Part shown: piece by piece, positions 1 through 6,315 of the stretch | Numbering within the stretch: the first letter of the stretch is position 1 | Layout: each line of letters starts with the position of its first letter | Assembly (NCBI GenBank): GCA_038231435.1 | Contig: JBBRLJ010000072.1 | Location: forward strand, 1-10,906 | DNA: 10,906 nt | Direction of reading: 5' to 3' | Source of the DNA: Planctomycetota bacterium | Lineage (GTDB): Bacteria > Planctomycetota > UBA11346 | Position numbers and translations under genes: made by a program | The notes under the pieces: model-generated | What the model was told of the DNA's origin: nothing | Databases searched by the model: none | The model's input: only the letters and a program-made list of their open reading frames with translations

Positions 1-2
1 CA

Positions 3-758
3 ACCGACACATCGGGTCTGAAGACCTTCGCGACCCTGCCCGAGGCCGACTGGTCGAAGATCGACCTCGCGGTCGAGACGGTGACGGAGGACCTGGCGCT
101 GAAGCGGACGCTGTTCGCCGAGATGGAGGCGCTGGCGGGCCCCGCCTGCGCGATCACGTCGAATTCCTCGAGCTTCCCGATCAGCGAGATCGCCAAGGGG
201 CTGAAGACCCAGGGCCGCATGATGGGCCTGCACTTCTTCATGCCCGCTCACCTGATCCCGCTGGTCGAGGTGGTGAGCTCGGTGCACACCAATCCGATCG
301 AGGCCGAGCGGGTCGGTGCGATCGTGAAGGCGCTCGGCAAGCGGCCGGTGCAGGTCCGCAAGGACGTGATCGGCTTCCTCGGCAACCGCATCCAGGGCGC
401 GCTGATGCGCGAGGCGCTGTGGCTGATCGAAGAGGGCGTCGCCTCGCCGGAGGATATCGACGCGACGGTGCGGCTCTCCTTCGGCTTCCGCTACGCCGCG
501 GCCGGCCCGATCGTGCAGAAGGAGCATTCCGGCTGGGACACGACATGCGCGGTCGCCAAGATCATCTGGCCCGACCTCAGCAAGGCCGACGGCCCGCCGC
601 CGGTGCTGCAGAAGAACGTCGACGAGGGGCGCCTCGGCTTCAAGACCGGACGCGGCTTCTTCGACTGGGACGAGGCGTCGATGGCAAAAGAGCGCGCCCG
701 ATATGAGCGCGCTCTTCGCAAGTGCCTCGAGATCTTCCGCGAGGAAGGGATCGTTTAG
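3..758 (+). CDS. 3-hydroxyacyl-CoA dehydrogenase family protein (5'-truncated by window edge)
   Basis: The frame is open from position 3 (TDTSGLKTFATLPEADWSKIDLAVETVTEDL...), so the GTG at 81 is not the true start. Family motifs are E-x-V-x-E (ETVTE), SNSSS, GLHFFMPAHLIPLVEV (catalytic His/Glu), GFLGNRI and GxKTGRGFF. Stop is TAG at 756-758. Confidence 0.9.
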   Translation, partial: TDTSGLKTFATLPEADWSKIDLAVETVTEDLALKRTLFAEMEALAGPACAITSNSSSFPISEIAKGLKTQGRMMGLHFFMPAHLIPLVEVVSSVHTNPIEAERVGAIVKALGKRPVQVRKDVIGFLGNRIQGALMREALWLIEEGVASPEDIDATVRLSFGFRYAAAGPIVQKEHSGWDTTCAVAKIIWPDLSKADGPPPVLQKNVDEGRLGFKTGRGFFDWDEASMAKERARYERALRKCLEIFREEGIV

Positions 759-2362
759 GCAGCGCCGCGGCCGCGACCACGACCGGCGCCACCACCGCCA
801 GCGCCACCGCCGCCACCACCGCCGAAGCGACGGCCGCCGTTGCCGCGCGGCGGGCCGCCGAACGGGCGGTCGCCTTGCGGGCGCGGCGTGTAGGGACGGT
901 TGGCGTGCGGGCGCGCGCCGTAGCCGTTTTCGGCCTGCGGGGCGGCCGCGCGCGGCTGTTCGCGATAGTCGCCGCCGCGCCACTGATGCTCGGCCGGTGC
1001 GGCGGGACGATCACCCGCGGGGCGATCGCCCTGAGGGCGGGCAGCCTGCGGGCGGTCGCCGCGCGGCGGGCCGGAACGATCGCCGAACGGACGATGACGG
1101 CCGCCGGGGCCGCCGCCGGGACGGCCCGCACCACGGGGACCGCGATGGTCGCGAGGATCGCGCTGCATCTCGTCGTTAGCCTCGCGCTCGGCGCGCGGAC
1201 GCATCGGCGGGGCGGCCGGCATGTCCTCGTTGGCCGGCGTCGGCACGACGGCGATGCGCTGGTTGGTCAGCCGCTCGATGCTCTTGAGATGGCTGCGCTC
1301 GCTCGAGTCGCAGAACGACAGAGCGATGCCCGAGGCGCCGGCGCGCGCGGTGCGGCCGATGCGATGGACGTAGCTCTCGGCGTCGACCGGCATCTCGTAG
1401 TTGATGACATGGGTGACGCCGGTCACGTCGATGCCGCGCGAGGCGAGATCGGTGGCGACCAGCACGCGGGCGCGGCCGCGGCTGAAATTGTCGAGCGCCT
1501 TCTGGCGCGCGTTCTGGCTCTTGTTGCCGTGGATTGCCTCGGAGGAGACGCCGCGATCTTCGAGCGCCTCGGCGACCCTGTTGGCACCGCGCTTGGTGCG
1601 GGTGAAGACGATGACCCGCTCGAGCGCCTCGTCGGTCAGCAGATGGCTGAGCAGGGCGCGCTTGGTCGCCGAGTTCACGAAGTAGACGCGCTGGTCGACC
1701 TTCTCGACCGTGCGGCCCTGTGGCGCGATCTCGATCCGCTCGGGGTTCTTCAGGATCTCCCCCGCGAGCTTGGCGATATCGCCCGGCATGGTCGCGGAGA
1801 ACATCAGCGTCTGGCGCTGCTTGCTGACCGACGCGATGATGCGGCGGACATCCTTGATGAAGCCCATGTCGAACATGCGGTCGGCTTCGTCGAGCACCAG
1901 GAACGTCACGTTCCCGAGCTTGACGTTGCCGCGCTCCATCAGATCGAGCAACCGGCCAGGCGTGGCGACCAGGATGTCGACGCCGCGCGCCAGGGTCTCG
2001 ACCTGGCGGCCGAAGCCCAGGCCACCGATCACCATGCCGAGGCGCAGGCCGAGGCCGCGTCCGTAGGTGTCGAAGCTGCGGCCGATCTGCACGGCAAGCT
2101 CGCGGGTCGGCGCCAGCACGAGCGCGCGCGGGCTCTTGGGCTGGGCGCGTTCCTTGGAGGCGGCGAGGTGCTGGAGGATCGGCAGCGCGAAGGCCGCCGT
2201 CTTGCCGGTGCCGGTCTGGGCGACGCCGAGAACGTCGCGGCCCTGCAGAAGCAGGGGAATAGTCCGGGCCTGGATGGGCGTCGGCTCGACATACTTGGCG
2301 GCAGACAGGGCACGCAGCAGCGGCTCGGCGAGACCGAGATCCGCAAACGATACATTACTCAC
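755..2362 (-). CDS. rhlE: DEAD-box ATP-dependent RNA helicase, RhlE-like, with a long disordered R/G/P-rich C-terminal tail (~535 aa)
   Basis: Canonical motifs are present: Q motif (F..LGL..PTPIQ), I AQTGTGKT, Ia PTRELA, Ib TPGRLLD, II DEAD, III SAT, IV VFTRTK, HGNKSQNAR, V ATDLASRGID and VI HRIGRTAR. The start is placed at GTG 2362 because AAGAGGA lies 11 nt upstream and similarity begins at SFADLGL. The upstream extension to 2599 looks non-coding. The rhlE subfamily call is an inference from HGNKSQ and the lack of a recognisable DbpA-type C-terminal domain. Confidence 0.9.
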   Translation of the reverse strand: MSNVSFADLGLAEPLLRALSAAKYVEPTPIQARTIPLLLQGRDVLGVAQTGTGKTAAFALPILQHLAASKERAQPKSPRALVLAPTRELAVQIGRSFDTYGRGLGLRLGMVIGGLGFGRQVETLARGVDILVATPGRLLDLMERGNVKLGNVTFLVLDEADRMFDMGFIKDVRRIIASVSKQRQTLMFSATMPGDIAKLAGEILKNPERIEIAPQGRTVEKVDQRVYFVNSATKRALLSHLLTDEALERVIVFTRTKRGANRVAEALEDRGVSSEAIHGNKSQNARQKALDNFSRGRARVLVATDLASRGIDVTGVTHVINYEMPVDAESYVHRIGRTARAGASGIALSFCDSSERSHLKSIERLTNQRIAVVPTPANEDMPAAPPMRPRAEREANDEMQRDPRDHRGPRGAGRPGGGPGGRHRPFGDRSGPPRGDRPQAARPQGDRPAGDRPAAPAEHQWRGGDYREQPRAAAPQAENGYGARPHANRPYTPRPQGDRPFGGPPRGNGGRRFGGGGGGGAGGGGAGRGRGRGAA

Positions 2363-2546
2363 TGGAGATATAGTCCTCTTGCCGCCGGTCGTGCCTTTCA
2401 GGCACGTGTTTGGCGCGGCTCTTGGCCCGTTCCCGCGCGCGGCTGGGACGGCTCTTGCTTTGGGGATTGTCTCGGGATGAAGCGCCATCTGACGGGGCGC
2501 GTCGCGCGATCGCGAGAAACCTTTGAAACCCGCCAGTCGGCGAGTT
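2363..2546 (-). promoter_or_regulatory. Long (~185 nt) structured 5' leader of the helicase mRNA
   Basis: The leader lies between the predicted +1 and GTG 2362. It has a 5'-terminal hairpin AACUCGCC-GACU-GGCGGGUU (2546-2527), a hairpin CGUGCCU-GAA-AGGCACG (2406-2390) just upstream of the SD, and repeated CAAGAG motifs. Confidence 0.55.
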
Positions 2547-2552
2547 GGGCTG

Positions 2553-2582
2553 TATATGATGGTGCGACGCAGCGAAGTCAAG
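2553..2582 (-). promoter_or_regulatory. Putative sigma70 promoter of the helicase gene
   Basis: The minus strand reads C-TTGACT (2582, then 2581-2576), a 17-nt spacer, and CATATA (2558-2553). This resembles alphaproteobacterial RpoD promoters (CTTGAC-N17-CTATAT). Predicted +1 is near 2546. Confidence 0.7.
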
Positions 2583-2622
2583 CGGCGAGAAGAAGGCATT
2601 CAGAGGAGCGCGCCACACCAGT

Positions 2623-2638
2623 GAGCGTGTGAGCCTTT
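2623..2638 (+). repeat. Left terminal inverted repeat (IRL) of the IS
   Basis: GAGCGTGTGAGCCTTT, a 15/16 match to the reverse complement of 4278-4293. Confidence 0.9.
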
Positions 2639-2738
2639 CGGCATCAGGCTGCCTGGATGATATTTCGAGTTAGGCATTGCACTTTGTGCGGGGTTGAGAT
2701 TCCGTGGGTTGCAGGAAGTTTCGGGCGGGAGCGTGGTG

Positions 2739-4100
2739 ATGTCCAATAGCGGCGAACTGTTCGATGGCTTGGCCGAGCAGCGTGGCCCGCAGCGGGCCTC
2801 GGCGGGCGGCGCGCCGCGCTTGCGGCAGCCGGAGCGCCATCAGATCGGATGGCAGCAAGCGTCGATCGACGATCTGGTGCTGGCCGATCACCCGGTGCGG
2901 GCGATTTGGGCGCTGGTCTCGGGGCTCGACCTTGGCGAGCTGCACGACCGGGTGAAGGCGCGGGAGGGTGTGCCCGGACAGGCGCCGCCGGCCCCGGCCG
3001 TGATGCTGGCGCTGTGGCTGTGGGCGACGATCGAGGGGGTCGGCAGCGCCCGCCTGCTCGACCGGCTGTGCGGGGAGCACCTGGCCTATCGCTGGCTGTG
3101 CGGCGGGGTGTCGATGAACTACCACGCACTGAGCGACTTCCGGACCGCCCATGTCGAGGTGCTGGAGCGCCTGCTGGCGCGCGGCGTTGCGGCGCTGGTG
3201 GCGGAGGGTCTGGTGTCGCTCGAGGTGCTGGGCCAGGACGGGATCAAGGTGCGGGCGGCGGCTGGCGGCGGCTCGTTCCGTCGGCGCAAGCGGCTGGAGG
3301 AGCTGGAGGAGGCAGCGCGAGCGCGGGTCGAGCGGCTGCGCGGCGAGCTGGAGAGCGATCCGTCGGCGAGCGAGCAGCGCAAGCGGGCCGCGCAGGCGCG
3401 TGGCGCGCGCGAGCGGGTCGAGCGGATCGAGGCGGCCAAGGCGCGGATGGTGGAGCTGGAAGCCGAGCGGGCGCGGCGCGAGAAGAGCCACAAGGCTCAG
3501 GTGGCCAAGCAGAAGGAGCCGCGGGCCTCGACCACCGATGCCGAGGCGCGGGTGATGAAGATGGCCGATGGCGGCTTCCGGCCGGCCTACAACTGCCAGC
3601 TGAAGTCGGCGCCGGGCCAGCAGGTCATCGTCGGCGTCGATGTCGAGACCAGCGGCTCGGACCATGGCCTGGCGCGGGTCGGGCTGGAGGCGCTGCACGA
3701 GGACGGGATCGAGCCGTCGGATTATCTGGTCGATGGCGGCTTCGCCAAGAACGACGACATCGAATGGGCGCACGAGCGCAACGTCCGGGTGTCGTGCCCG
3801 CCGGTTCAGGGCAAGCGCGACACCAATCCCTATGCGGTGCGGCCCAACGATGGTCCGGGGATGACCGAATGGCGCACACGCATGGCCAGCGAGGCCGGCC
3901 AGGCGCTCTACAAGGAGCGCCCCAAGATCGAGTGCAGCAATGCCTGGGCCCGCCGCATGGGGCTGAGCCGGCTGCTGGTGCGCGGCAAGCACAAGGTCCG
4001 CGCCGTGCTGCTGTGGTTCGCGCTGGCTCACAACATGCTCCGCACCATCACCTTGCGGCGCCACGCCGCCGCGGACCGGCTCTCGGCCCTCGCCGCTTGA
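2739..4100 (+). CDS. IS1182-family DDE transposase (~453 aa)
   Basis: The N-terminal DUF772-like region is typical of IS1182 (DHPVRAIW..LDL..; MLALWLWA..GVGSARLLDRLC..LAYRWLCGG..NYHALSDFR). It also has STTDAEAR.MKMADGGFRPAYN and a candidate DDE triad in GQDGIKVRA / VDGGF / KIECSNA, ending with ALAHNM. ATG 2739 follows GGGAG. There are no frameshifts or internal stops. Confidence 0.92.
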   Translation: MSNSGELFDGLAEQRGPQRASAGGAPRLRQPERHQIGWQQASIDDLVLADHPVRAIWALVSGLDLGELHDRVKAREGVPGQAPPAPAVMLALWLWATIEGVGSARLLDRLCGEHLAYRWLCGGVSMNYHALSDFRTAHVEVLERLLARGVAALVAEGLVSLEVLGQDGIKVRAAAGGGSFRRRKRLEELEEAARARVERLRGELESDPSASEQRKRAAQARGARERVERIEAAKARMVELEAERARREKSHKAQVAKQKEPRASTTDAEARVMKMADGGFRPAYNCQLKSAPGQQVIVGVDVETSGSDHGLARVGLEALHEDGIEPSDYLVDGGFAKNDDIEWAHERNVRVSCPPVQGKRDTNPYAVRPNDGPGMTEWRTRMASEAGQALYKERPKIECSNAWARRMGLSRLLVRGKHKVRAVLLWFALAHNMLRTITLRRHAAADRLSALAA

Positions 4101-4277
4101 GCGGCAGCTTGCAAGAGCCAAGCCATGCCCCTATCGCCAGCCTGGCTGGCACCCGACCGCCATCCCGACGCTTGCGCCCCAGACCGCGCATCAGTGCCGA
4201 TCGAAAGTTCGTGACCAAATCCGGCACGGCCCGAAGCAAAAAACCGCCGATGAACCAGCCAGTGGCCGAGCAATGCA

Positions 4278-4293
4278 AAAGGCTCACATGCTC
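4278..4293 (-). repeat. Right terminal inverted repeat (IRR) of the IS
   Basis: AAAGGCTCACATGCTC, followed by the duplicated AGT. Confidence 0.9.
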
Positions 4294-4311
4294 AGTGGCA
4301 CGCGCCTGGGC

Positions 4312-5817
4312 TCAATCGTAGACGAACGCCTTTTCGTCGAGGTCGATGGCCGGCAGCTCGTTCTTCTCGCGCCAGTAATCCTGGGTATGTGACCATTCGC
4401 GCTTGTCGCCGCGCTTGGGCAAGAGGTGCATGCCGCGCGTCAGGTAGCCGGGATTGAAGTTCTCGGTGTCGATCCACGGCAGCAGCGTCATGGCCTTGTC
4501 TTCGGGTCGGAGCGCCACCTCGACCCGCCGCGCCTGGCGGCCCTTCATGTGGTTGAGCAGGCGGCAGACGAAATCGGCGACGAGGTCGGAGCGCAAGGTC
4601 CAGCTCGCCCGGAAGTAGCCGAACACCCAGGCCATGTTGGGCACGCCGGTGAACATCATGCCGCGATAAGTGACGGTGTCGGCGAAATCGAGCGGCTTGC
4701 CGTCGATCTCGAAGCCGATGTCGCCCAGCGCGTTCAGATGGAAGCCGGTTGCGGTAACGACGATGTCGGCTTCGAGCTCCGCTCCGGACTTCAGGCGGAT
4801 GCCCGTGGCGATGAAGCGCTCGATCTCGTCGGTGACGACCGAGGCCTTGCCCGACCGGATGCCCTGGAACAGGTCGCCGTCGGGCACGAAGGCGATGCGC
4901 TGGCGCCACGGCCGGTAGCTCGGCGTGAAGTGCCTCGCCATGTCGTAGTCGGGGCCGAGATGGGCACGCACGCCGGCCAGCAGCTCGTTCCGGACCTTCT
5001 CGGGCTCCTCGAACGAGCGGCGCGTGAACACGTCCTGATCGTGCAGGATCTTGCGGCGCACGATCTCGTGGATCCAGCTTTGGTCGACCTCGAGCCTGCG
5101 CAGCGTGTCGGCGAGATCGTCGGCGTTGCGCGCCGCGCGGAAGAAGGTCGGCGAGCGCTGCAGCATGGTGACGTGCGCGACATCCTCGGCGATGGCGGGG
5201 ACCAGCGTCGCAGCGGTCGCTCCCGAGCCGATGACCACCACCTTCTTGCCCTTGTAGTCGAGATCCGTCGGCCAGGTCTGCGGATGGACGAGGCGGCCCT
5301 CATAGTCGGCCATGCCGGGCCAATCCGGCGTGTAGCCGTCGGAGTGTCGATAATAGCCCTGGCACATCCACAGGAAGTTCGCGGTCAGGCGGAAGGCCTC
5401 GCCGGTATCGAAGCGGGTGCCCTCGATCGCCCAGCGATTGTCGACGCTCGACCAGCGGGCCGACGCGATGCCATGGCGGTAGCGGATATGACGCGCGAGG
5501 TCGTTGTCCTCGATCACCTCGGCCATGTAGCGCAGGATCTCCTCGGCCGAAGCGATCGGCGCGCCGGTCCACGGCTTGAAGCGGTAACCGAAGGTGAAGA
5601 GGTCGCTGTCGGAGCGGATACCGGGATATTTGTGGGTGAGCCAGGTGCCGCCGAAGCTCTCCTGCGTCTCCAGCACGACGAAGCGGGTGCCGGGACATTG
5701 CTTGCTGAGGTGATAGGCGCCGCCGACACCGGAGATGCCGGCGCCGACGATCAGCACATCGAAATGCTCGACCGACTGCGACGCGGCCGGCCGGGCCAGG
5801 GTGGCGGTATCGGGCAC
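4312..5817 (-). CDS. Flavin-containing (Baeyer-Villiger-type) monooxygenase, EthA/AlmA-like (~501 aa)
   Basis: Motifs are the FAD Rossmann fold DVLIVGAGISG, GGTW..HKYPGIRSDSD, a BVMO fingerprint variant YEGRLVHPQTWP (FxGxxxHxxxWP), the NADPH Rossmann fold VIGSGATA, LQRSPT, TATGF and SWTLRSDL. The start is placed at GTG 5817, 2 nt after the VOC stop. The extension to 6330 merely overlaps the VOC gene in another frame. Confidence 0.9.
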   Translation of the reverse strand: MPDTATLARPAASQSVEHFDVLIVGAGISGVGGAYHLSKQCPGTRFVVLETQESFGGTWLTHKYPGIRSDSDLFTFGYRFKPWTGAPIASAEEILRYMAEVIEDNDLARHIRYRHGIASARWSSVDNRWAIEGTRFDTGEAFRLTANFLWMCQGYYRHSDGYTPDWPGMADYEGRLVHPQTWPTDLDYKGKKVVVIGSGATAATLVPAIAEDVAHVTMLQRSPTFFRAARNADDLADTLRRLEVDQSWIHEIVRRKILHDQDVFTRRSFEEPEKVRNELLAGVRAHLGPDYDMARHFTPSYRPWRQRIAFVPDGDLFQGIRSGKASVVTDEIERFIATGIRLKSGAELEADIVVTATGFHLNALGDIGFEIDGKPLDFADTVTYRGMMFTGVPNMAWVFGYFRASWTLRSDLVADFVCRLLNHMKGRQARRVEVALRPEDKAMTLLPWIDTENFNPGYLTRGMHLLPKRGDKREWSHTQDYWREKNELPAIDLDEKAFVYD

Positions 5818-5819
5818 GG

Positions 5820-6260
5820 TCAGCTCACGCGGCTGGCCGCGCGGCAACGGCATTTGTCGACCTGGTGCAGCTCGACCATGTTGCCGCAAGGATCGTTCAT
5901 GAAGACCTGCGTCGAGTCCGGGCTCGTCAGCCCCTCGATCACCCAGTATTTCACGCCCATGCGCACCAACTCCTGGCGGGTCGCGACGATGTCCTTCACC
6001 GCGAAGGCGATGTGCGGCCGCGTCGGATCCTCGCCCGGCCCCTTGGCGACCGGCGAGGGCTGCGCGCCGCCGATCAGATGAATCTGGCCGACCTCGCCGA
6101 CATTGATCCAGGCGCCCGGAATGCCGGGAATGGTCGGACGGCCGGTATCGCGCGAAAGGCCCAGCACGTCCTTGTAGAAGGTCTCGGTGTCGCCGAGCTT
6201 CTCCGCGCCGGTGTCGATTCGCACGCCGGTGTGATGGATCTCCAGGATTTCGATGGCCAT
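5820..6260 (-). CDS. VOC (glyoxalase/bleomycin-resistance/dioxygenase) family protein, 146 aa
   Basis: Motifs IHHTGV, FYKDVLGL, QIHLI, HIAFAVKDI and FMNDPCGNMVEL give paired beta-alpha-beta-beta-beta modules with His/His/His/Glu candidate metal ligands. A GAGGA SD precedes ATG 6260. Confidence 0.9.
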   Translation of the reverse strand: MAIEILEIHHTGVRIDTGAEKLGDTETFYKDVLGLSRDTGRPTIPGIPGAWINVGEVGQIHLIGGAQPSPVAKGPGEDPTRPHIAFAVKDIVATRQELVRMGVKYWVIEGLTSPDSTQVFMNDPCGNMVELHQVDKCRCRAASRVS

Positions 6261-6315
6261 GGCTGCTTCCTCGGATGTCTTGATGTCGGGGCGATCCTAG
6301 CCACAGGATGGCGTC

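Larger units (their letters stand above)
2623..4293 (+). mobile_element. IS1182-family insertion sequence, apparently complete (1671 bp)
   Basis: The left end is GAGCGTGTGAGCCTTT (2623-2638). The right end is AAAGGCTCACATGCTC (4278-4293), reverse complement GAGCATGTGAGCCTTT, 15/16 identical. AGT is directly repeated at 2620-2622 and 4294-4296. A single intact transposase ORF lies inside. Confidence 0.9.

Noticed and set aside
785..825. GGC/GGT repeat run as a G-quadruplex or contingency locus
   Set aside because: It is fully explained by poly-Gly codons with mixed synonymous usage, and in-frame triplets would not phase-vary expression.
2363..2599. 79-aa N-terminal extension of the helicase ORF
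   Set aside because: It overlaps the predicted promoter and leader. The SD and the start of homology point to GTG 2362.
722..2632. 636-aa + strand ORF
   Set aside because: It is an antisense shadow of the DEAD-box helicase. Long stop-free antisense frames are common in high-GC coding DNA, and it has no recognisable domain.
2619..4296. Alternative 4-bp target duplication CAGT
   Set aside because: It would use the terminal C of the right IR (4293) and make the ends asymmetric. The 3-bp AGT is preferred, but other IS copies are needed to settle this.
2670..4321. 483-aa (-) and 490-aa (+) ORFs overlapping the transposase
   Set aside because: They are alternative-frame and antisense shadows with low-complexity composition. 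The transposase is complete in one frame, so no programmed frameshift is needed.
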